Sequence record: OM386656.1
Source: Escherichia phage vB_EcoM_ESCO25
Direction: 5' to 3' (one strand)
DNA: 64,000 nucleotides
Below the pieces are notes generated by a model, which was given only the letters and a program-made list of their open reading frames with translations, was not told the origin of the DNA and searched no databases. Position 1 is the stretch's first letter; every line of letters begins with the position of its first letter. This document shows, piece after piece, positions 1 to 8,859 of this stretch. The translations under genes and the position numbers were made by a program.

Positions 1-994
1 CTAACCACCAATCGCCATCCCTCTCTTCCAAATGACCATCATGTTTCTTAGCAAAATTGATCATATGGTTAGTTGGCTCTAAGTTCTTTTTAATTTGCAA
101 CTTAGGTGGAATAAAAGCCTTAAGATAGCCTTTTGTTGCTGGTTTAGGTGGCAAAATAGGCTCAACGAGTAAACGAAGACGCTCCATTTCTGCATCCAAA
201 AAAGCAAGGTTCTCTTCTGCTTGCTTCATGTTAAAAGCAAACCCACGGTGTTCCTGGCGTGTGATAATGTCTGCTACACGTTGTTCAAGTTCAAATGGAC
301 CTTCCCATTTATCATAATCACCCCATTCTTCCATGAGGTAATTATATACACTTGTGTTGGCTTTGTTATCATAGATACAGTAATAAAGCATATCCGCAGC
401 AAAAGTCTTAAATCGATCTTCTTCTGGAATCTCTTTACGGAAATCTATTTTTACATCCCCGCCTGCCTTTCGAGAAAGTGCTGCCAAGCTATGTCCTGAT
501 TTGCCCTCAATCTTTCGATCTGGGTTTAACACTTTACTCAAAATTAAGGAGTCAATAAGTTTTACCTTGCTTTTACCCCACGTGTTATATTTAACACTGT
601 AATCTAATCCATAAAACAGTTTTGTAGCCAACCAGTCATAGTTGATACCGTTGTGTGCCACAGCCATTTCAACCAAATATTCAGGCTTGTCTTTAAAATA
701 ACCTTCATGATTAATAAAATCTGGGAAATCTTTTAGTTGAAAATGTGTGTAATCTTGCGCCACATATTCTTTAAGAACATATGTATATTTATCATCTGAC
801 TCTTCATAAGGACGACCATCAAAAATGTATTTAGGGCCATCGTGGAAAGCTACTATTTCTCCTGTTTCATGGTTCTCTAAGACAATACAGTGCATTTGAA
901 ATGTGTCTTTGAGACGATAAGGACTAGCTAAATAATCAATAGTATCATTATTCAACAATCCATTTGCTTCAATATCCCATGTAAACTTACTCAC
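1..994 (-). CDS. DNA polymerase, family A (T7 gp5-like), N-terminal 3'-5' exonuclease part; partial, continues beyond window start
   Basis: Minus-strand translation from GTG at 994 (GGAGG upstream) gives VSKFTWDIEANGLL...FHDGPKYIFD...DSLILSKVLNPDRK...GHSLAALSRKAGG, which parallels the T7 DNA polymerase N-terminus (SDIEANALL, FHNGHKYD, DTLVLSRLIH, GSHALEAWG). Not on the ORF track because it runs off the edge. Confidence 0.8.
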   Translation of the reverse strand, partial: MSKFTWDIEANGLLNNDTIDYLASPYRLKDTFQMHCIVLENHETGEIVAFHDGPKYIFDGRPYEESDDKYTYVLKEYVAQDYTHFQLKDFPDFINHEGYFKDKPEYLVEMAVAHNGINYDWLATKLFYGLDYSVKYNTWGKSKVKLIDSLILSKVLNPDRKIEGKSGHSLAALSRKAGGDVKIDFRKEIPEEDRFKTFAADMLYYCIYDNKANTSVYNYLMEEWGDYDKWEGPFELEQRVADIITRQEHRGFAFNMKQAEENLAFLDAEMERLRLLVEPILPPKPATKGYLKAFIPPKLQIKKNLEPTNHMINFAKKHDGHLEERDGDWWL

Positions 995-1788
995 TATTCC
1001 TCCTTTCTAATGTTCTCCAGAACCCACTGAAGTTCTTTTAAACTTAAACTTCTTACTCCCGCAGTTTTACTAGCTTCAGTTTTAAGTAACGGGTAAGCCT
1101 CAATGATACGTGTTTTAAGATCAGAAGTCAAGGCTTTTAAAAAATAGGTAGATGCTTCAGATAAAGAATCTTCTTCTGTTAGCACTTTACCTGCGCTTGC
1201 TCCGGCTCTCCTAACAGCTATGTCGTAGTCTTTGCTGTTACCTAATACGAACAGTCGATTCTCTCCTAAAACAACGGGAGAACGCTTCTGGCTGCGTTTA
1301 ATCCATATTTGGAATACACAAGGAACATCCCAAGGTTCTCCATGAAGAATAAAAGATCCTTTGGGACACTCTTCTTCGTGAAGAAGATGCATATAAGGAT
1401 TTAGTTTGTGTGCAAAAAAGATTTTTTGAAATGTGCGAGGTAAGATAAAACAAATACCACCTTCGTTATCCAGCATTTCAGCACAATGGTTAAAGAACTT
1501 AATGGCAAGACTAGCGTTTTTTCCGAATGGAGGATTACCAACAAAAGCCGTTACACTACCAACAGACTCAACAGATTGAGCTAAAAAATCTGCCTCAATA
1601 CAATCTTCAAACTTAGGGTCAATATCAAAAGAAGTTATGTTTTTAAAACAAGAAGAGAAAGCTCCTTCTCCCGCAGATGGTTCTACGTAGTTAGCTTCCT
1701 CTCCAAAAATTTCTTTGATCTTATCACATAAGAACCCCGCATAAGCGGGGTTAGTGTAATATTGATCAAGTGTGTTCAACTTGCTCAA
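994..1788 (-). CDS. DNA amino-methyltransferase (N6-adenine or N4-cytosine type)
   Basis: 264 aa; motif X-like DQYYTNP, AdoMet motif I VEPSAGEGAF, catalytic motif IV NPPFG. Confidence 0.7.
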   Translation of the reverse strand: MSKLNTLDQYYTNPAYAGFLCDKIKEIFGEEANYVEPSAGEGAFSSCFKNITSFDIDPKFEDCIEADFLAQSVESVGSVTAFVGNPPFGKNASLAIKFFNHCAEMLDNEGGICFILPRTFQKIFFAHKLNPYMHLLHEEECPKGSFILHGEPWDVPCVFQIWIKRSQKRSPVVLGENRLFVLGNSKDYDIAVRRAGASAGKVLTEEDSLSEASTYFLKALTSDLKTRIIEAYPLLKTEASKTAGVRSLSLKELQWVLENIRKEE

Positions 1789-1797
1789 TAGTCCTCC

Positions 1798-2229
1798 TTA
1801 GTTGTTAGCGAACTCAATAGTGAGGTCAACTTTACCATCATCAGAAATAACCATGTTTTTGGTATTTTTAAAGATGATATCTACTTTACCTTCACTTACA
1901 CGACAGAATGCAACACCATCTGCAACTTTATCGATATAATATTTGTAAGAAAGAATACCCACTTTACTACGACCAGCACCTTTTGTGAAAGAAGGGCTTA
2001 CATCGAAACGAAAACCTTTAGAAGAAACAACACGGTAAGAACGTCCAGTTGGAAGATGTTCAATAACAGAGACATTGTTCTCAACAACTTTTACAGCAAA
2101 CTCTTCAGGATGATCCTCAACAATCATGTGTGGGATGGCAAATGCCAACGCTTGTTTGTGTTTAATAACACCAGCACCCAGAGCACCAGCAGCTTTAACT
2201 TTTGCATTCAGATCGATTGTCATACGCAT
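1798..2229 (-). CDS. hypothetical protein
   Basis: 143 aa ORF; consensus promoter and RBS agaggag upstream; function not recognised. Confidence 0.55.
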   Translation of the reverse strand: MRMTIDLNAKVKAAGALGAGVIKHKQALAFAIPHMIVEDHPEEFAVKVVENNVSVIEHLPTGRSYRVVSSKGFRFDVSPSFTKGAGRSKVGILSYKYYIDKVADGVAFCRVSEGKVDIIFKNTKNMVISDDGKVDLTIEFANN

Positions 2230-2262
2230 TTTTACTTCTCCTCTTGTTTGGTTGATGAGACA

Positions 2263-2291
2263 AGTATAAGTCCCTTCCGCAAAGTTGTCAA
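2263..2291 (-). promoter_or_regulatory. sigma70-like promoter (TTGACA-N17-TATACT) for gene 1798..2229
   Basis: Minus-strand reading: TTGACA (2291-2286), 17-nt spacer, TATACT (2268-2263), then RBS and ATG. Confidence 0.6.
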
Positions 2292-2295
2292 CAGG

Positions 2296-2321
2296 TATTT
2301 TTAATAAAAGGGCCGAAGCCC
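2296..2321 (-). terminator. intrinsic terminator after primase-helicase
   Basis: Minus strand: GGGC-TTCG-GCCC hairpin followed by TTTTATT, directly after the stop at 2322. Confidence 0.55.
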
Positions 2322-4100
2322 TTAGTAGTTGCTATCCGTAGGTAAGTTAGCAGGGTTGTTAAAATACTGCTCTTTGTCGTGAAGAGTTGCAGTTCTAATG
2401 TCATAGTAAAACTGCCCTGCTGGACCAGTCTCCGAGAACTCACGGTTTTTTAGGATAAAGCAATGAGTTGTATTACGTTCTACAGGATCTTCAGCAGCCT
2501 TATCTCGTTCCAAAGCCAAGGTAATACCAGCACCTTTAGCCAAGAAACTACTACCCATTGCATCGTCCTCTGTTAAGTGCTCATTGCCACCATTAGCTGA
2601 CTTCTTAACGTGTGAGATGACGATAATAGTTATAGCATACTCTTTCATGATTCGCTTCAACCATGTTGCTAACTCTTCCTGGGCTTGAACATCCATACCA
2701 GAAAGCAAATCAGAATAAGGGTCGATAACAAGAATTGTTACTCCAAAATAGATGATCATCTCCAAAACTTTTTCTTTGATAGACTCCACATCTGCTCCAC
2801 GATCATCACACACGTAAAAACGTGGTGATCCATCTTCTCTTTCGTAAAAATCTAGGATTTTTTCTTTATTCTCTTCCAAGATTTGAAATTTCTCTTCCGG
2901 TGTTTTCCTGTGTAGAGGAATGTGTAGGAAAGAGGATAACAGGTTACGAGAATACTTTTTATAAGTCGCTTCCAAGGACAGAATACCTAGGGTATGTTCT
3001 GGGTGTGCAACAATAATATGTTTGGTGATCTCGTTCACCATCAAAGTTTTACCGATACTGGTCTTTGCCAGGATGACTGTAATCTCTTCCTCTACTAAAC
3101 CACCACCCAACATGTTTGCAGCAACACGCATAAAAGGAGGCAAGGTAATCATCTTGGATTCCAAGCATTCCAATGCAGCTTCATACAAGACATTAGAAGC
3201 ATAAACACCTGCTGGGGTGTATAGACGAGCACTCCAAAAAGCTTTTACGAAATCTTTTGCACGGCCTTCTTCCAGATACTGATTGGCATCCTTAAGATCC
3301 ATCTGCATACGGTAGACTTTGTTACGAGGCAGCACCTTAACAATATTTTCAAATGCCTCGTTACCTGCTTTGTCGTTATCCATGCAAACAATAATCTTCT
3401 TAAATTTTTCAAAGAAAGGATATTGTGCCTGAACTTGTTTATACATACTGGTTTCACCAGTTGTGCCACTTACTACGGCTGGAAGCTCATATTTACTGTC
3501 CAAGTTTTCAGATAGCATTTGATAAGCTGCCAGAGCATCGTGTTCACCACCTGTAATTACAACAGTATGAGAACGATCTGCAAAACGAATTTGTCCAAAA
3601 AGATCTACATCTTTACCTACTTGACCAATAGGTTTACTGAAATCTTTAGGATGAATACGACGCTTAAAACCAACCAATTCTTTACCGATGGTAGTTGGAT
3701 ATAAACAACTTTCTACTACCATCTGATCCCCTTCCTGACGGTATTCATAACGAACACCATAGAAAGATGAAACTTTTTCTTTAATGCCTCGATAACCACG
3801 TGGGTTGGTTGATGTTTCTTGAACAATTTTACGATGAATCTGTTTATTAAATTCCGAACCCACAATCTCCTCCTCTTCTTCTAAAACTTCACCATTTTCT
3901 CGTAACCATTCTACGCTAGGAATAGTGTATTCACACGCAAAGCACTTAGCACCTTTATGCTCTCCATTAGAATCTAATCCATAAACCATCAGGTTATTAC
4001 GAGAGCGATCCTTGCCATTTTTCATGCAGCGCGGACAACCTGTATGTCCTTCCTTGCTAAGATCAACATCAAATCCATATTTAGTTATAATGTGCGACAC
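2322..4100 (-). CDS. bifunctional DNA primase-helicase (T7 gp4-like)
   Basis: 592 aa; N-terminal zinc ribbon CPRC...CFAC; TOPRIM-like VVITGGEHDALAAY and CMDNDKAGNEA; C-terminal helicase Walker A AKTSIGKT and Walker B-like VLVIDPYSD. Confidence 0.85.
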   Translation of the reverse strand: MSHIITKYGFDVDLSKEGHTGCPRCMKNGKDRSRNNLMVYGLDSNGEHKGAKCFACEYTIPSVEWLRENGEVLEEEEEIVGSEFNKQIHRKIVQETSTNPRGYRGIKEKVSSFYGVRYEYRQEGDQMVVESCLYPTTIGKELVGFKRRIHPKDFSKPIGQVGKDVDLFGQIRFADRSHTVVITGGEHDALAAYQMLSENLDSKYELPAVVSGTTGETSMYKQVQAQYPFFEKFKKIIVCMDNDKAGNEAFENIVKVLPRNKVYRMQMDLKDANQYLEEGRAKDFVKAFWSARLYTPAGVYASNVLYEAALECLESKMITLPPFMRVAANMLGGGLVEEEITVILAKTSIGKTLMVNEITKHIIVAHPEHTLGILSLEATYKKYSRNLLSSFLHIPLHRKTPEEKFQILEENKEKILDFYEREDGSPRFYVCDDRGADVESIKEKVLEMIIYFGVTILVIDPYSDLLSGMDVQAQEELATWLKRIMKEYAITIIVISHVKKSANGGNEHLTEDDAMGSSFLAKGAGITLALERDKAAEDPVERNTTHCFILKNREFSETGPAGQFYYDIRTATLHDKEQYFNNPANLPTDSNY

Positions 4101-4112
4101 TTTGTTCTCCTG

Positions 4113-4391
4113 TTAAAATGGTTCGTTAGTCTCCATCATATATTCTGCTTCTAGTTCTTCCATGTGCTTTCTAAATTGGAAAGCAATTTCTGCTACAGTT
4201 ACATTTAAATCTTTTTCAAAAACTTCTGTAGATCCTTCATAAAAACGAATACCGTCAATTAAAAGCCCTCCGTGGTAATCCCAATCGCTTTCACGAGAAA
4301 GTGGATTAGGTTCTTCATAATAGTAATCCACCTCCACGACCAAGGCTTTCCCGTTACGAGTGGTGTATTCAAAATCAAAAGTGTTAATCAT
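4113..4391 (-). CDS. hypothetical protein
   Basis: 92 aa ORF, co-oriented and abutting neighbours. Confidence 0.5.
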   Translation of the reverse strand: MINTFDFEYTTRNGKALVVEVDYYYEEPNPLSRESDWDYHGGLLIDGIRFYEGSTEVFEKDLNVTVAEIAFQFRKHMEELEAEYMMETNEPF

Positions 4392-5335
4392 TATAGCTCC
4401 TCAAATAAAAGTCTACGACGCTCATTCAACACATCAATGTGATAATGAGTCCTGACATACTTAGCTAATGCTAATCCTTTCTCCATGCAAACATCGGGAG
4501 CACTTAATAAGTATTCCGTAATATCTTTCCACTCGGAAGGTGTTTCAGCAAAGAATAACAAATCTTTAAACTCTTGTGTATGATAATTCTCACGAGGAGA
4601 GCAGATTAAAGGTAAACCCTTAGCACCTGCCTCAAGAATTTTAAGATTGCTTTTTGCATTATTAAACACGTTATCGATCAATGGTGCAAGACTGATTTGA
4701 TGACCATCGTAAGATTCCATGTAGTTGGCATATGGTCTTACACCTTCATAAACACAAGTTGGTGCTACATTTTCCCTGATTAAAGACCATTCACGACTAC
4801 TTAAAACTTCAGAATCCCTACGAAAACCACATATTGTAAGATCTTTACCAAAATCGGGCAAGATAGCCAAATCTTGTTTATGTGTTTCACTTCCAGCCCA
4901 GACTAATGGAGTTTTGGAGTAGCGATCACGGGTCAACACAAATTGACCTTCATCGTAAGGAAGTCCATTAGGGATTATGTGCACATTATCATTGTATTGT
5001 GAAAGTTCAACTTGCAAGGCAGGTGTCGTAGTTGTAACAAGATCACTGTGCTCTAAAAACCATTTTAAATGTTCACGAATACCTGATTCAAAAATACCTT
5101 CTAACATGTGTCCTTTTGGAATAACTAAAGAGTCATCCAAATCCATAACCATTTTAAAGCCCAGGTTTTTAAGGGCTAAAAAGCCCTCTTTACCTTTTGT
5201 TGGCACTCCGTTAAAAACGAAAACGTTGTGTTTAGGTTGTGAAGAGAACTGCCTTGAGTAAGGCAGCACTACCCTATGGAAATCGCAGACACTATAATTG
5301 ATTCCGTTACGATTGTCAAGAATTATTTGTCCCAT
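4391..5335 (-). CDS. glycosyltransferase (GT-B-like C-terminal motif)
   Basis: 314 aa; C-terminal NLKILEAGAKGLPLICS resembles the GT4 family E-x7-E/EAG motif; paralog of 5343..6291. Confidence 0.55.
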   Translation of the reverse strand: MGQIILDNRNGINYSVCDFHRVVLPYSRQFSSQPKHNVFVFNGVPTKGKEGFLALKNLGFKMVMDLDDSLVIPKGHMLEGIFESGIREHLKWFLEHSDLVTTTTPALQVELSQYNDNVHIIPNGLPYDEGQFVLTRDRYSKTPLVWAGSETHKQDLAILPDFGKDLTICGFRRDSEVLSSREWSLIRENVAPTCVYEGVRPYANYMESYDGHQISLAPLIDNVFNNAKSNLKILEAGAKGLPLICSPRENYHTQEFKDLLFFAETPSEWKDITEYLLSAPDVCMEKGLALAKYVRTHYHIDVLNERRRLLFEEL

Positions 5336-5342
5336 ACTTCAC

Positions 5343-6291
5343 CTACAAACTTTCAATAACCTGGCGTCGCAATTCGTTTGCATCTGCCAGATTATAATGT
5401 GTTCGAACATGTTCCGCTAAGAACAAGCCGCGATCTTCCCGATAGTTCGGATTTCGAAGAAGCTTAACAATTTCGTAATGCCATTCTGCTTTATTCTCTG
5501 CATAAGCAACAGCGCGAGCATCTACAGGGTTAAAATAAGGTAATACCTTAGAACAAACAATCGGAATACCTTTTGCCCCCAGCTTCAAGGATTTTGAGAT
5601 TACTTTTACAATTATTAAAATCATTATCTACCAAAGGAGCTATAGCAATAGCATGACTTTCGTAAACACTCATGTAATTATCTAAATCTTTTACAGCAGC
5701 TTTATATTTGGCATTTGGTAAATTTCTACGGATCTTAATCCACTCTTGCCCTGTGATACTCTGCGATGCTTCATATCCTGCAATAGTAAGAAGTTCATCA
5801 TCGAAAGTATTAGAGACTAGTCGTAAATCGGGTTCGTGACTAGCACCGCCAGCCCATACAACAGGGGTACCGGATGAACGATCATTTGACAAAGTGAATT
5901 GTCCGCTATCAAAAGGAAGTGCATTTCGGATCACAACAACATTCCTATTTAAGTGACGGATCTTATATGCCAAATATTCCGTAGTCACAATGACCACATC
6001 GGCAAGCTTAACCATAGCTACAATAGCATGAGTGTTTGACTCATATAAACTTGCTAAATAATGTTCTGGATTAAGTTGGTAGAAATCATCTAAATCTACA
6101 ACAATCTTAACACCTTGACGTTTCAGGGACAGAACATATTCTGCCCCTTTAGAATGAATACGGTTAAACACGACAACATCTTTCTTAGGCTGAAAATTAT
6201 TGTTGTTAAATGGTATAACAATACGATGATAATCACAACCACTGTGAGGTTTTGCATCAATTTTCAGTTTAGTCCATTTTTTATTTGACAT
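5343..6291 (-). pseudogene. glycosyltransferase paralog interrupted by a frameshift (two overlapping ORFs 5548..6330 and 5343..5624)
   Basis: N-part ends ...NLKILEAGGKRYSDCLF*; C-part in another frame reads KLGAKGIPIVCSKVLPYFNPVDARAVAYAE...HVRTHYNLADANELRRQVIESL, colinear with the C-terminus of paralog 4391..5335 (...AKYVRTHYHIDVLNERRRLLFEEL). Confidence 0.5.
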
Positions 6292-6964
6292 GTGCCAGTG
6301 CCTCCTCATAAGAAATTCGGATTTTCCCATTTTTAATATCTTCTAAAGACGCTTTATATTCTTCCCAGTTAATGCCAATAGCAGCTTCTTTCTCTTCTTT
6401 TGTCAGATTAGCAAAAGGCATAGGATTGTTTCCAAAAACATCGTCTGGGTGGATATAAGCCATGATACGAAGTGGACAAGGTATTGCCTGAATGCCCTGA
6501 TTCAAACCAGCAGCTTTCAAACGGTGTACCCATTCAGCATCTTCAAAACCATAGCCGTGAGTGTAAGGGCGGAAATAACCCATCTTCTCAACAACGGCAC
6601 GAGAATACATTGCAAATTGACACATTGCAAGTTCCCAGAGAATAACTTCTCCTTTACTCCCAACAACTTTATCTTTGAAATACTCCGGCATACCAAAGAA
6701 ATCCCATCCTCCAGAGACAGCTTGATCTACAAAATATGTTTCCCATCCCTCCATGATTGGGTAGCAATCGTCGTCAAAAATAAACCAATAATCATAACCT
6801 TCTTCATAAAACTGGTGCATAAGTTCATTCCTGGCGTAAGCTACACCTTTACGATCTGGATCGTTGAATACTCGAAAATCTGCATGTGGATCTGTTACAA
6901 GATAGTCTTTAAGTGGACGGACACCTACAGTGATAACACCCACTCCGATTTTAATATTTTCCAT
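6281..6964 (-). CDS. glycosyltransferase, GT-A fold (DDD motif)
   Basis: 227 aa; YWFIFDDDCYP acidic motif typical of GT-A nucleotide-sugar transferases. Confidence 0.5.
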   Translation of the reverse strand: MENIKIGVGVITVGVRPLKDYLVTDPHADFRVFNDPDRKGVAYARNELMHQFYEEGYDYWFIFDDDCYPIMEGWETYFVDQAVSGGWDFFGMPEYFKDKVVGSKGEVILWELAMCQFAMYSRAVVEKMGYFRPYTHGYGFEDAEWVHRLKAAGLNQGIQAIPCPLRIMAYIHPDDVFGNNPMPFANLTKEEKEAAIGINWEEYKASLEDIKNGKIRISYEEALAHVK

Positions 6965-6972
6965 TTTCTCTC

Positions 6973-7536
6973 CTAGATAGTTTTACTGTGATCGTGACAG
7001 TGTAATAAATGATGTATAGACCGTTGAGGATTTGTTTGACCTAATCTGTAAATGTGAAACAGATACATTCCCCGCATCAATCCTAACCTTTTTCCTTTTT
7101 CATGTAAAGTGCGAGAGAAAATTAGGTCGAATTGGATAGATTTTTCTTCGAAAGGAATTTCATTCCACAATGATTTTCTAAAAAGCAAAAAGAAACCTGC
7201 CAGAGGTGTTCCGAAAGGAACTTCTTCAACACTCACTTTATGATATTCTCTTGCAATCTTAGCATATTCTATATGGTTTAGAATATTTGGATCATCGTTA
7301 ATTTGGTTAGAGAAAAGCTGATAACCACTACCTAACCTGTTACAAGTTGCACCTATTACATCAAAAGGCGGGTTTGACATAATAAGCTCTTCAAGCATAG
7401 ATGGTTGATCAGGCAGGAGGAACATTGTATCGGTATCTCTTAAGCACACCCAACTATCATCTGGAAGAACGGCAATAGCTTCATTGATAGCCTTGCCGAT
7501 ATTTCCTGTCAGATAGGGAGTAATATAATAAATCAT
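6973..7536 (-). CDS. hypothetical protein, possible GT-A glycosyltransferase (DTD motif)
   Basis: 187 aa; VCLRDTDTMF DxD-like motif. Confidence 0.4.
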   Translation of the reverse strand: MIYYITPYLTGNIGKAINEAIAVLPDDSWVCLRDTDTMFLLPDQPSMLEELIMSNPPFDVIGATCNRLGSGYQLFSNQINDDPNILNHIEYAKIAREYHKVSVEEVPFGTPLAGFFLLFRKSLWNEIPFEEKSIQFDLIFSRTLHEKGKRLGLMRGMYLFHIYRLGQTNPQRSIHHLLHCHDHSKTI

Positions 7537-7552
7537 TCTCCCCTCCGTTATA

Positions 7553-7744
7553 TTAACTGTCAGCTACAATCCCACGTTTAATCATTTCTTGTTGGATTTG
7601 GATGACACGATCTCGTGCTTCCATATATTCTTTAAAAGATTCTTGGAGATGGTCACGAGCTACATCCCGTAGTTTAATCAGCTTGTCGTTTGTCACTTCT
7701 TGAAGAGAGATCTCGCCAGTTTCATTGGTCCCAAGCGTTTTCAT
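7553..7744 (-). CDS. hypothetical protein
   Basis: 63 aa ORF in operon. Confidence 0.45.
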   Translation of the reverse strand: MKTLGTNETGEISLQEVTNDKLIKLRDVARDHLQESFKEYMEARDRVIQIQQEMIKRGIVADS

Positions 7745-7952
7745 TTACAACCTCCTTAATAGCTACTGCACAGTTCTTACAAATACATTGACCTTTGTTC
7801 TTAGAAATTTCAATGTAAGGTTCATTTTCGTTTTCTCCGCGTCGTGAATCGTATATTACAGTATTGAAGCAGACAACGCAAATGTTTTTAATAACAACAT
7901 ATTTTTGCACTTTTTGTTTAGTGCGAAAATTTACTTCAATGACTTCTCCCAT
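7722..7952 (-). CDS. small Cys-rich protein (zinc-ribbon-like)
   Basis: Track ORF trimmed to internal ATG (MGEVIEV...) that overlaps the upstream stop as TGATG; CVVCFN...CICKNC Cys pairs. Confidence 0.45.
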   Translation of the reverse strand: MGEVIEVNFRTKQKVQKYVVIKNICVVCFNTVIYDSRRGENENEPYIEISKNKGQCICKNCAVAIKEVVNENAWDQ

Positions 7953-8236
7953 CAGTGAATCTCCCCTAAAATGTTGTTTTGAGACATTACTGCGGAGCAT
8001 TCTACAGCATCATGAGTCCTTGCAAAACGCTCCCACAGCACAGCATCTACTTTAAGAACCATACAAGGATAAATACTGTCGTTGATCATATCAATGCTAT
8101 ATTTATCTACATCCTTTTCATCTTCCATAAACAAAGTAGCGTATGCTTCCAAATGTTTACGGGTGTAGTATACGTCCTCTTCGGTAAGACCGACAACCAG
8201 GTAACTTGCTACAACAACAGTATTATCTTCTTGCAT
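7952..8236 (-). CDS. hypothetical protein
   Basis: Track ORF 7952..8299 trimmed to ATG at 8236 (MQEDNTVVV...) with RBS aaggggag. Confidence 0.5.
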   Translation of the reverse strand: MQEDNTVVVASYLVVGLTEEDVYYTRKHLEAYATLFMEDEKDVDKYSIDMINDSIYPCMVLKVDAVLWERFARTHDAVECSAVMSQNNILGEIH

Positions 8237-8237
8237 T

Positions 8238-8759
8238 TTAACTCCCCTTTGGTAGATAGAAACCATGCACTTTATCTCGATAAACAAGACGCATATCACG
8301 CTCCCAGTGTGTCCTTATATTCCGTTTCTTGAAGTATAGAGCACCTTTAGTAACATCTAAAACAGACCGCAATTCAGGAAAATGTTTCTCTAAATAAAGT
8401 AAACGCTCCGCTATTGCTTTTGCTTCCTGCCACTTATCTTTCTCTGTCACGTTAAAAGTTTTCGCATATGAGAATTGCCCTTTCTGGAACAAGACTCCCT
8501 TGACTGTGTTAGGGAAGTAGGCATCATTTCTTCTGTTGATTACCACATTCCCAACGGCATTCATTCCTTTTTTACCCAGACCGCGACCTTCTGCGTAAAT
8601 TGCACAAGCTAATAGAATTTTATCATTATATTGCTTTGTACATTTGTGAACTACTTTAGCGGTTTTTACGTTTGCAGCTTCGGCTTTCGCCACAACAGGT
8701 GTAAATGTAAAAGCAGTTAAGGATAGTAACGCAACTGTTACAAAGTTTTTTATCAGCAA
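8238..8759 (-). CDS. SleB-like cell-wall hydrolase with signal peptide
   Basis: TTG start with GGAGG 6 nt upstream; N-terminal signal peptide LLSLTAFTFTPVVAKA; LACAIYAEGRG...AVGNVVINRR matches the hydrolase_2 (SleB) core. Confidence 0.6.
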   Translation of the reverse strand: MLIKNFVTVALLSLTAFTFTPVVAKAEAANVKTAKVVHKCTKQYNDKILLACAIYAEGRGLGKKGMNAVGNVVINRRNDAYFPNTVKGVLFQKGQFSYAKTFNVTEKDKWQEAKAIAERLLYLEKHFPELRSVLDVTKGALYFKKRNIRTHWERDMRLVYRDKVHGFYLPKGS

Positions 8760-8791
8760 ATTTTGCCTCCTTTTTAAGTTAACGAACTTCT

Positions 8792-8820
8792 AGTATAACA
8801 CGATAGAGGCTTTATTGCAA
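8792..8820 (-). promoter_or_regulatory. sigma70-like promoter (TTGCAA-N17-TATACT) for the SleB-like gene
   Basis: Minus-strand TTGCAA (8820-8815), 17-nt spacer, TATACT (8797-8792). Confidence 0.5.
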
Positions 8821-8841
8821 GAGGGGGACTTCTCCCCCCTC
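8821..8841 (-). terminator. GC-rich stem-loop after terD (possible terminator or processing site)
   Basis: GAGGGGGA-cttc-TCCCCCCTC inverted repeat directly after the terD stop; weak T-tract. Confidence 0.4.
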
Positions 8842-8859
8842 AAAATCATTTGTTAATTA

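Noticed and set aside
221-499. Plus-strand ORF (92 aa) on the track
   Set aside because: Lies antisense within the DNA polymerase coding region; shadow ORF.
2056-2304. Plus-strand ORF (82 aa)
   Set aside because: Antisense to gene 1798..2229 and to the promoter/terminator region; shadow ORF.
6449-6976. Plus-strand ORF (175 aa)
   Set aside because: Antisense to the GT-A glycosyltransferase; low-complexity, no RBS; shadow ORF.
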